Positions 55,004-64,000 of a stretch of DNA of 64,000 nucleotides are shown here, one piece after another. Numbering within the stretch: the first letter of the stretch is position 1; every line of letters starts with the position of its first letter. The stretch is taken from assembly GCA_963695855.1 (NCBI GenBank), contig CAVOHZ010000001.1:22898-86897 (forward strand), given 5' to 3'. The notes under the pieces were generated by a model. That model was not told the origin of the DNA, searched no databases, and saw only the letters and a list, made by a program, of their open reading frames with translations. This DNA comes from an uncultured Nitrososphaerales archaeon (GTDB taxonomy: Archaea > Thermoproteota > Nitrososphaeria > Nitrososphaerales > Nitrososphaeraceae). The position numbers and the translations under genes were made by a program.

Positions 55004-55591
55004 ATGAAAGATAAGTTTTACGTTATAAATCCTAATTTTATTGAAGAAAAAGTAAAAAAGATTTTTGAAATGCCTGGTGAAATTGGTTTTATAGCTAGAT
55101 TTGGCTTATTGTCTGGTCTAAGAGAACAAGAAATAATTTACATTAAAGAAAAAGAAATATATAGTAATGGGTATGGTTGTGACTGTGATAAATTACATAC
55201 ATTTGATTGTAAAAATGGATTAACAATAATATCTATAGGTTGGACAAGAGGAAATAAAAAGGCATTAGCAACCATTATTCCAACAAAATATTGGAAAAAG
55301 TTTAGATCATTGCAAAAATTTGATTATACAGATGTTGCTGCAACACATAAAATAATGAAAAGAGATATTGGAATAGCATACATTGCAGTGAGAAAAATCC
55401 ATTATAATGTAATGCGATTTAAAGAGACATTAAGTGTAGATGAAGCAGAAGTATTAGCTGGAACATTTAGTTCTATAAGTGCATAACATTATGTTTTAAA
55501 TGATCCTGAAAAACTTTCTGCAAAGTATATTTCAGGATGGCAAAATTTTGGGGTTACAAACTTTTATCTTGTACAATATTTTAATAGTTAA
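55004..55591 (+). pseudogene. second tyrosine recombinase (catalytic domain only) with a stop just before the catalytic HY
   Basis: LSGLREQE, RGNKK, VRKIHYN, LAGT; after TAA 55484-55486 the frame continues HYVLNDPEKLSAKYISGWQNFGV, matching HYAMYELDMMTKSYTEAWKKFGI of the first copy. Confidence 0.85.
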
Positions 55592-55653
55592 ACATTTCAA
55601 AAAAATGATAGTAAATTATAGTAGTCAGCTTCTCTACCATACTTTATTAGACT

Positions 55654-56043
55654 TTGGATAAGAACAAAGAATATGAGAATAGCAAAAAAGACAAATGGTT
55701 ACAAATTGCGAAATACTATGACTTTATACAAGCAGCTGAATTGTCAAATAGTTTTATAGTATTAATGGCGTTAGACGAATCAAATCAACCTCAAAGTTCT
55801 ACACGGATATCTCAAATGATTTCTTCTAAATCTAATGGTAAGATTTTCAAAGTCTCAGGCACTATTAAAGATACCCTTGAAAAAAGATTGAGGAAACTTG
55901 GATATGTAGAAGGAAAAGATGTTCCAAATATCAAAGGAGATCGCAAGCCAATTAGAATGACATTGTATACTATAACTCCAAAAGGCAAGAAATTGCTTGC
56001 TGGATGGCTAAGTTTTCTTTCAGCTATTCAAAATGATAAATAG
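55654..56043 (+). CDS. winged-helix protein, paralog of 54563-54943
   Basis: SNSFIVLMALDES, GKIFKVSGTIKDTLEKRL, YTITPKGKKLLAGWLSFL. Confidence 0.85.
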   Translation: MDKNKEYENSKKDKWLQIAKYYDFIQAAELSNSFIVLMALDESNQPQSSTRISQMISSKSNGKIFKVSGTIKDTLEKRLRKLGYVEGKDVPNIKGDRKPIRMTLYTITPKGKKLLAGWLSFLSAIQNDK

Positions 56044-56094
56044 GTATATAATTAATTTCAGTAATTATAAAAATATTTGTAATTTTTAAAAACA

Positions 56095-56287
56095 GTAAAA
56101 AGATTTGGAAAACTTCGTATTACTAATTCTCTTGTAATTAAGATCGAAATGGAGGTTTCCTAATTCAAAGGCTCTATATATAGAAGAGATAGTTCCATAT
56201 AATACAACTTATTATAAAATAACATCAAAAGGTAAAAAATTATTGAAAGGTTGGATATCATTTCTATCTGCATTCCAAAGTAATTAA
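56095..56287 (+). pseudogene. remnant of a third winged-helix paralog
   Basis: ITNSLVI (cf. FSNSFII) and TYYKITSKGKKLLKGWISFLSAFQSN*. Confidence 0.75.
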
Positions 56288-56476
56288 CTTATTAAAAATA
56301 TCAATTAATAAGACAATAACTGATTGTTATGTTAATAGAAATTTTGAAAATCAATGAGTTAAGTTAAAAATTGAATAACATTATTTTTTATAGATAGAAA
56401 AAAATATTGTTTTGTTTCCAAATAAAAAAACTCTCCTCATTGTTAATTATTAATTGATTGGACTAATTTCTTAATA

Positions 56477-57470
56477 CGCTCTTATTTCTGAATGTTTCAG
56501 CTACTAATTACAAAGGATTTCCATAAACCTTTCCTCTCTTGTCTTTTTTCTATTGTTATGAATAAACTGGAATGTTTTGGAATATGTCTGTAAATTGTAC
56601 TTGTTTACACCCATGAACTTTCTTATCCATATCTGATACAGGTTGCTTCTGCATTCACAGTTATTTACATGGATAGTACCAGTTGCATATTCTTTCTGCG
56701 AATGGATTACACTTTAGTGTATGAAACCATGTGCTTCCAGCTGGTGATATACTCTATATTCATCTGTAAATATGGTGGAACCATACTCCACGTTTTTACA
56801 TACAATATCAAGAAGTGACTGATGTACAGGAACATCAAAATACGTCATTCCATTTCTCTGCTGAATACACGTAATCATCGGATGATCCTTGTAAAATGTA
56901 CATCTACCTCTCCATGGCTTTAGCCCTCTTTTTCTGGGTTTTCTTCCTGCTGATTTTAGTATCTCATCATGATATGGTCTTCCTTTCAATCCTGCCTTGA
57001 TATAGAATTCATCACCTTCTGCTGCAGGACCATCAAGTTTAGTAGAGGGTAATGATGACAATAACTTTTCCATAACTGTTCTGATGAATCTATAGCATCT
57101 TGGATATGGTACAACTACCTCAAATGATACCTCTCTTATAGAACATCCAGGCCAAAGTATAAAGTACAGGTACATTGCCAAAAACCATATTTTCAATGGT
57201 GTATGTGAATAATGAAATACAGTACCTGTTTTGTCATTGAACCATCTTTCACACTGTTTACAAAAGTACTTTTGGTATGACCGGTAGTGACCATCCTTAT
57301 TTATGTTATAAGACTGACAACGTGGACATATTACACAGTCATTCCATCTCATCTTTGTAAGTAAACTGGTACACCAACTTTCATCAGGAAGTGAGGTAGT
57401 TAATGTAAACACATCTTTGATGTGTGTTATATAGCTTTAAGCTTGGCTGAAACATTTGTCAATAAGAGCG
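56477..57470 (-). mobile_element. IS1595-family element, 994 bp
   Basis: 25-bp TIRs cgctcttatt-NNNN-aatgtttcagc (21/25); 8-bp TSD TCTTAATA at 56469-56476 and 57471-57478. Confidence 0.93.
56504..57412 (-). pseudogene. IS1595 transposase with a nonsense mutation
   Basis: RW...CPRC...CKQC..F...TGTVFH, DEFY, TDEYRVY; TAA at 56714, frame continues SVIHSQKEYATGTIHVNNCE to TAG at 56504. Confidence 0.9.
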
Positions 57471-57505
57471 TCTTAATAATTTTCAATCTATTTATTTCAT
57501 CTTTA

Positions 57506-57721
57506 TTACTCATCGCTATCAACATTTTTTTCATTATCATCTTCATCTTTCTCCTCGCTTTTTTCACCATCATCTTCTTCATTCTCCTCCTCATTTTCAT
57601 CGCCATCACCATCATCAGTATTGTTAAGGAGATCTGATGATTGTACTGTAATAGATACAGTAGCTTTATCTGAATTATCATTTCCATCATTTACAGTAAA
57701 TGTGAAACTATCTTCTCCCAC
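57506..57721 (-). pseudogene. C-terminal fragment of a surface protein (tandem-95/Ig-like repeat plus acidic tail)
   Basis: GEDSFTFTVNDG...ATVSITV followed by a D/E-rich tail; no N-terminus. Confidence 0.65.
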
Positions 57722-57930
57722 ATAGTAGGCTCTAGTTGAATCATTTCAAATTTCTCCTTGTAACATTGCATAATCAAATTAATAGTCTTCATCTTTTCTC
57801 TTTTTTAGCTGTTTTTGATGAATTTATGATGATCATAGATTTTTTACGATTTTAATTAATCCCAGCAATGAATTTTGATAGAAGAAACTTAAATAGTGTT
57901 TTTTATAACTTCAAAGGTGATTAGATATAT

Positions 57931-58270
57931 TTAAAACACGGCATTAGGGTCAGTTTCAAAATCTATTTCCTCTTGTGTTAGTTTTCTTCCCTTTAAAAAT
58001 GCTTTCAATGCATTTTCTCTTCTTGTTAGTTCTTTCTCCTTTACAAGCATTTGCTGATACAAAGTATTCATCTGGTTTAACGTTCTTTCTGTTCCCAGCA
58101 TTTCTGTTTTATATTTGTAGCACTCTTTTATTACACTCATTGCTTTCAATCTACTTCTAACATTTGTCCTGTTATCATCAACAATTTTCCAAGAATTCTT
58201 TATCATTTCATCTATACCTAGTGAAATATTGATATATTCTTCTGATAATTTTTTAATAGTGTTTTTTAAA
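57931..58270 (-). pseudogene. 5'-truncated hypothetical protein of a mobile-element-associated family
   Basis: Frame open upstream of the called start (KKLSEEYINISLGIDEMIKNSWKIV...RLKAMSVIKECYKYK). Confidence 0.5.
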
Positions 58271-59592
58271 TTTGTTTAGAGCAATTTCAGGCATAGATGA
58301 CTATACTATTAGTTAACAAAAGAAGAACTTAAATGGTAGCATGTTTCCATTTAGTTTCTACTGTTATCATCTACATTTCATCATTCGTGGAAAATTTCAT
58401 GAATAGGTACTACATATAAAAATTATTTTACAACCCGTTTGACAAGGCCCATCTTAAAAATAAATATGATGTTTATTGTTCGCCTAATTATAAAGGCAAA
58501 ATATTAAAAAGAACTAATTAATAACTAAAGAGGGAGAAAGAGGTACTATACTGTATAGGAGGAGGTGCTCTAACTATAATTACTGGCCATCCCGAATTGT
58601 TATCAATGGGGCCAGCCGTTGGCTGCGGTGGTAGTGGTAGTTCATCTAATTCTGAGCAAAGATATGAATCAAATTCAAAACCTTTGAATGATATTTTAAA
58701 GAATTTTTTGGCTAAATAGTATTTTGATAAATAAAAAATAAATCATATTTTTTTCGGCGCCAAAAGTTTTATCCAATATTCTCTATTGATGATTTAAATT
58801 AATTGTATTAGGATAAACCTTTTTTAATGGGGTGGTTATCGTGGAATACAATGATGAAGATAGCATAATCTCTATAATAACACTAATGATGGGGATAATG
58901 ATACTTTATCCAACAGGCTATGCTGAAAAAGATAATGATTTATCAAAACACGATGTAGAATGTTTTGACAATCCACCATTGAGACCTTAAACCCTATTTT
59001 TTTTACTTTTTATCGTAATAACAGACATTTATTATAAGTATTAATTTCAGAAAATAAAAGAGAATTTGTAAAACTGATAAATATTATTTTTTTCTATAAT
59101 TATTACAATATACTCTATCCAATCTTCTCCCAGACAGACAGATAGATAGGCAAATCGTCAGAATCTGAATCATCAGGGAGATTATCTTCTAGCAGTTCAG
59201 GCTATGACAATTAATTTATCTCAAATCGTTAAATATTATAGCTAACAAAGATTTATTTACATTTCAACCAAAAAAGTCGTCCAAAGAACTTGTGGCATAC
59301 CATAGCCTTCTATATGCATCCTTGGCTTCAGGGAAGGTTATGGCTTTTTAAAAAAAATAAATGATAGCACTGTATTTAAAATTCTACATCAGTCCACCGA
59401 ACCCGAATGAAAATGAGCCTATTATTATATACTGATTTGATTTAATAGTAAATAAGTTTCTAACAATAAAAGCTAAATACAAGATACTACTATCTCTCCA
59501 TTGGACTCCCTTTTTAGAACCGCTATCGGTATTACTCCCGACGGGCCCGTGCTGATATAAGTGCTAAAATTATGTTCTTTACAATTTACTAT

Positions 59593-60144
59593 TTAGTATT
59601 TTTTTATTATATAAACTAAAGAATTTCTATAGCTATTTGAGATAGGATGGTATTCATTTACTTCCTTTGTCTTTACAAAACCATTTTTTTCCAAAACTCT
59701 TATCGAAGTTTTATTTTCTGGAAAAACATAAGCTGAAATCTCTTTTAATTCCAATAGGTCAAATGCATACTTAACAACTAGTTCAACGCATTCTGTTGTT
59801 ATGCCTTTGCCCTGGTATTGTTGACCAATCCAGTATCCTATATTTGCTTTTTTATTAACATAATCGATATCTTTAATAGCTACAATTCCAACTAGTAGAT
59901 GAACTGATTGAGATTTATTTTTATAGTCTATAGCAAAAGTTATTGATTTATATAGCCTAAAATCATCACAACTAGATTTAATAAATTTTAAAGCATCATC
60001 TATCTTATAAGGATATGGAACTTCATAAAGATATTTAGCTATATCATAACTCATAAGATTTATTATATTTGTAGCATCATCCATCGAAGGTTCTCTTAAA
60101 TTGATTAGCTCACCAGATAATTGTTGGAAAGATAAATCAGTCAT
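59593..60144 (-). CDS. GNAT N-acetyltransferase, RimJ/RimL family
   Basis: ANIGYWIGQQYQGKGITTE, ENKTSIRVLEKNGF. Confidence 0.93.
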   Translation of the reverse strand: MTDLSFQQLSGELINLREPSMDDATNIINLMSYDIAKYLYEVPYPYKIDDALKFIKSSCDDFRLYKSITFAIDYKNKSQSVHLLVGIVAIKDIDYVNKKANIGYWIGQQYQGKGITTECVELVVKYAFDLLELKEISAYVFPENKTSIRVLEKNGFVKTKEVNEYHPISNSYRNSLVYIIKKY

Positions 60145-60607
60145 TTACCACTTGTTTTATTATACCACAAAATGCTATATTTAACTAAATTCTATTTTGT
60201 ACCGAATTATCGCAGATATAAAGTTGTCATCTAAAAACGCCCCTCATAGTTAATGAATGTTAAAGACGATTTCAATTTTTTTGATAAAACGTATGATTAA
60301 ATTGCTAGTAATATAAAACTTTGTAAAGAATATCTATTTTATATATATTTTTTATAGTTTTATCTAATTTTTACTTTTAATATAGTCAAGTTACAGAAAT
60401 TCCTGAATCAATATACTAGAAAACAAGAATTGATAAATTGCATTACGCATAGTTCAGTACTTATATCATCTCCTTTACTTGTAATTATGGTAATTGTAAA
60501 TATATTACCTTCAATTATACAAATATGTAGGTCCTACAAAAACACATATGACTATGCACTGGACATCATGACCTACGTTTATATACCTTAGTAGCGGATA
60601 TATAATT

Positions 60608-60994
60608 ATGACAACAAAAGAAGAAATAAAACGAAATGAAAATATAACTGTAAATAAACCCAAATATCAAGAACAAAATATTAACACAATCCAATCAATC
60701 TCTAACAACTATGGCGATTTACAAAAAAATATTCTTAATACTTATCAATCAGTATTTTCCAAATTTATAGATAATATATATAACAGCAAATCTTATTGGA
60801 ATAAATTTATTTATCCACAAGAATATACAGATGTTTATAGTAATACCAACCAAAATATTAAAGATGATGCAATAAATGCTACACGAAGAATAAATGACTG
60901 TGTATTTGGATATACAGAAACCGTTAACAAATCTATGGAAATTGCACAAAAATACTATAACGATTCAGTTCAAGACTTGTGTGAAATACTATGA
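60608..60994 (+). CDS. Asn/Gln-rich helical hypothetical protein (possibly phasin-like)
   Basis: 128-aa amphipathic helical ORF; ATGA overlap with the next gene. Confidence 0.55.
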   Translation: MTTKEEIKRNENITVNKPKYQEQNINTIQSISNNYGDLQKNILNTYQSVFSKFIDNIYNSKSYWNKFIYPQEYTDVYSNTNQNIKDDAINATRRINDCVFGYTETVNKSMEIAQKYYNDSVQDLCEIL

Positions 60995-62070
60995 AAAATT
61001 TTTCTTCACAAGAAATTAGATTTTCTGGTGATTCAATAAAGAGTTGTGTAGTTTTTATTGATTTGGTAGATTCTACTCAAAATACTATTACAATGGACAA
61101 ATTAGAACATATTAGAATCTATTATTCTAAATTTATGAATTCAATATCAGAAATAGTTAAAAATTATGGTGGGAAAGTTATTAAAAATATTGGTGATTGT
61201 TTATTATTATATTTTCCAAAGGCATCTGATACTAAAAACGAAAAGGCTTTTAGAGAAGTGATTGAATGCGGGTTGAAAATCTTAGATTCCCGCTTTACTC
61301 TTAATCAAGAATTATCCAAGCAGCATCTTCCCCCATTCAGCTATAGAATTAGCATGGATTTTGGTGTTTTGGATTTAGCTTTAGTTGGTGAGTATAGCCA
61401 GATAGATTTATTCGGGGCAACAGTAAACCGCTGTTCAAAGATAAATTCATCACTGTCTATTGTAAATCAAATAATTATTGGAGATAATTTTTATAGAATT
61501 TTAAAATCGTTTTGTAATATTGCTAACAATTATAATTTTATAAATAACGGTGAATGTATGATAACCGAAACAATTGGATACCCTACATATAGTATAAAAA
61601 AAATTAATGAATTGTATCTTGATAATAGTAGTACTACCTCTACTGACGATTTTACAGAAACTAAAAGAGAAAAAGATTTATTTTTTACTCAAAGAAGCAA
61701 TAACAAAAGAATAATTTTAGTCGATGATGACCCAGATATACTTTTTACTTATGAATCATTTTTAAAGGAAAATGGTTATGAAACAATTTCTTTCACAGAC
61801 CCCTGCAAGGCATTGAATTTTATTAAAGCCCTTTCAAATTTTGATGATTTACTAGTAACACTCGATATCAAAATGATAGAATTGAATGGATTTCAATTAC
61901 ACCAACAAATAAAAGCTATAGACCCAACAATTAAGATTCTTTTTATAACTGTTTTAGATATATCAGATGAAATATTAACTATAGTTCCAGGTTTATCCAA
62001 GGAACAAATATTGATAAAACCAGTTGAGAAAAAGGTATTATTAATAACTATTAAAAAATTGTCAAAGTAG
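60991..62070 (+). CDS. class III adenylate/guanylate cyclase fused to a C-terminal receiver domain
   Basis: FIDLVDST, IKNIGDC, DLFGATVNRCSKI; receiver IILVDDD, LDIKM..NG, IKP. Confidence 0.9.
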   Translation: MKNFSSQEIRFSGDSIKSCVVFIDLVDSTQNTITMDKLEHIRIYYSKFMNSISEIVKNYGGKVIKNIGDCLLLYFPKASDTKNEKAFREVIECGLKILDSRFTLNQELSKQHLPPFSYRISMDFGVLDLALVGEYSQIDLFGATVNRCSKINSSLSIVNQIIIGDNFYRILKSFCNIANNYNFINNGECMITETIGYPTYSIKKINELYLDNSSTTSTDDFTETKREKDLFFTQRSNNKRIILVDDDPDILFTYESFLKENGYETISFTDPCKALNFIKALSNFDDLLVTLDIKMIELNGFQLHQQIKAIDPTIKILFITVLDISDEILTIVPGLSKEQILIKPVEKKVLLITIKKLSK

Positions 62071-62212
62071 TACTTTTTTAATTGGTTTGCCAAAACAGTC
62101 ATAAATTTTTCAATTTTTTTAAAATAATTCAGCTCTAATAAATTGGAAATTTTTTCTAACTATTAAATTGTATATTAGTTTGACTTTATCAAAATTACAG
62201 TACAAAGATGAC

Positions 62213-62847
62213 TTAATAGTAGATATTTCTTCTAATCCAAGGTAGAGTTTTCATTGGTGGTAGAGGTCTCATTGGCGGAATCCTCAAATTATCATAATTT
62301 AGCCAGTAATTCTTATGTTTTTTCAGTTTTTCCACTTCTGCCAGAAGAGTTGAACGGGTTTGATATAATTTAGTGACATCATATGCAACTCTCAAAACAT
62401 TTTCAAAATTCTTAAAATCTATTTTATTCCGTAATAGAAAATAATATATTTTAAGTACATAATCTAGATGGCATTCATTATCAACATACAGATTATACAA
62501 TTTTTTCATACGTTGCAATTTCAAAAATTCAGTCCAATATTTTCTTGCCTCTTCAAAACCTAAATTCAATTCGATTGCAACTTGTACTAGCGTCTTTCCT
62601 TCTAACAATAGTTGATAGTCTTGCTGCTTTTAGAGATTTTATTAATGGGTTTGACTTGATTATCCCTTCTTTTTATTTTTGATTTTAAACTTCTCTCGTA
62701 TTTCTTTATTACCCAATTTATATCTCTAAATGACATATGAACTTCCATCGCTATCTGTTTCATTGTCTTTCCCTCTTTATGTAAATCAACAACCCGTTTC
62801 TCTTTTTCAAATTTATTTAAAGCTGGAACTTCCATTTCGAGATTCAA
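62213..62847 (-). pseudogene. frameshifted tandem-HTH protein
   Basis: HKEGKTMKQIAMEVHMSFRDI joins (Y)QLLLEGKTLVQVAIELNL across a frameshift at ~62620. Confidence 0.7.
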
Positions 62848-63109
62848 TTAAAAAAGTGGTTAATAAACAGTATGGTAGTATATTTTGATTTACCTATCTT
62901 TTATTACCATTTGATACCTATTAATACCTACTATATTGTCTTAAATTCATTATAATAAAGTAATATCATCCCTTTTACTACTACATTTTTTTGCATTTTT
63001 AAATCAGAATATCAATGTCATTATTTCTTCCAAATTCCTTTGTTGTTAGTAATTACTATAATTAGAATATGATTTAAAGTAGTATTCAGTAATTTTTTTT
63101 GTGGAACAA

Positions 63110-63352
63110 TATGCACTCTCGAACGAAGAAATAACCATATTGAAAAAGCATGCAGAAGAATTCCAAAAATGGAGAGAAACTGAAGCTGGGATAGAAAAAA
63201 TTAAAGAACATATAGAGCACGCAAGCTCTATTTCAAATTAAGGCTAGCACCACAAAATCTCCCTAAAATAACCAAACCAGAACTAATAGAAATTTATAAG
63301 CATTTATGGGCAAGCGGATTTTGGGAGAATAAAGATTGGAAAATTAATAATA
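63110..63352 (+). pseudogene. gene fragment interrupted by IS630
   Basis: LSNEEITILKKHAEEFQKWRET / YFKLRLAPQNL...IYKHLWASGFWENKDWKINN ends at a TA immediately before the IS. Confidence 0.45.
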
Positions 63353-64000
63353 AGTCAAGTGGCTTGGTTAATGTCATATCCTTTTAACTAACAGGTCTAA
63401 ATTATTGAATAGGTAAAGCTTAAGGTATCCTGAATATCATAATTCTATGTACCATGGTTCTACTACCAAACTCAACCTCACCACAGGACAGAAGAACAGT
63501 CTAAAGTCGTTGATGGAATACTAAGGTACCGACAAGAAGCATTATCGCAGATTAATGGCAATACTTCAGAAGAGCAACGGTAGAACTTTTGCAGATATAG
63601 CAAAGGAAGGAACATGGTGTCAGTATCAGGTCAGTTCAAAGATGGATATCGGCATATCTCCAGATAGGAACAAAAGGATTGGAGATAAGGAAACCAGGTG
63701 GTACAAAATTCCGTATAACAGATGAGGATAGAGAGACTATACTTTCTGTACTTTTTAACGATCCCAATATTTTTGGTTACATCAGAAACACCTGGAGTCT
63801 GAGGTCACTGGCAAAGTGTCTTACAGAAGAACTTGACATTCCAATCAGTTTCAAACACCTTCAAAGGATACTGAAGGACATGGGTATCAGATGTAAGAGA
63901 CCCAAGCTTGAACTTGAACATGGAGCTGATTATGAAGAGGGAAAGAAACAGATAAAGAACTACAAACAAGTAGCATCGAGCTCTCAAAAAAAGAAAGTGA
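63353..64000 (+). mobile_element. IS630-family element, degenerate transposase N-terminal HTH region (runs off window)
   Basis: From ATG 63447: RRLMAILQKSNGRTFADIAKE / HGVSIRSVQRWISAY...G..GL..RKPGG, P..FG...WSLRSLA..L, RILKDMG...KRP; internal stop and 4-bp duplication; left end placed after a TA (approximate). Confidence 0.8.

Larger units (their letters stand above)
53085..64000. mobile_element. tRNA-Ala-associated integrated element / genomic island (right end not seen)
   Basis: Tyrosine recombinase next to the tRNA 3' end, followed by IS elements, pseudogenes and accessory genes with no core genes. Confidence 0.7.

Noticed and set aside
57427-57690. 87-aa Met/Lys-rich ORF and the 57422-57637 hydrophobic ORF
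   Set aside because: Alternative frames of the acidic-tail coding sequence at 57506-57721.

Overview
AT-rich archaeal chromosome segment. The gene content (Alba, L7Ae/S28e/L24e/L37e, aIF5B, archease, Lsm, NirK-type multicopper protein, intron-containing tRNAs) points to an ammonia-oxidising archaeon of the Nitrososphaeraceae; the low GC suggests a Nitrosocosmicus-like genus, which is inference. Positions 1-53 kb are mostly core genes (htrA, ilvE, a sugar-nucleotide modification cluster, argH, sdhACDB, hisS, trxA, hflX, infB-ndk-ribosomal proteins, glmM, purU, rpiA, an amidohydrolase, nirK), interrupted by decayed accessory patches and one IS. There are three tRNAs: Gln(UUG) with an intron at position 10/11 and a leader that duplicates its acceptor strand, Leu(UAG) with two introns, and Ala(CGC). 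A mobile island starts right after tRNA-Ala. It opens with an array of GTTGACCAT motifs and a tandem module of RHH-like/tyrosine recombinase, wHTH, catalytic-domain-only recombinase, wHTH and a wHTH remnant. Next come an IS1595 element, gene fragments, a GNAT, a cyclase-receiver fusion and an IS630 that runs off the window. Also notable is a divergent paralog pair at 3.4-4.4 kb that shares a perfect 103-bp inverted repeat. All calls come from reading the sequence and recognising motifs; no searches were run.
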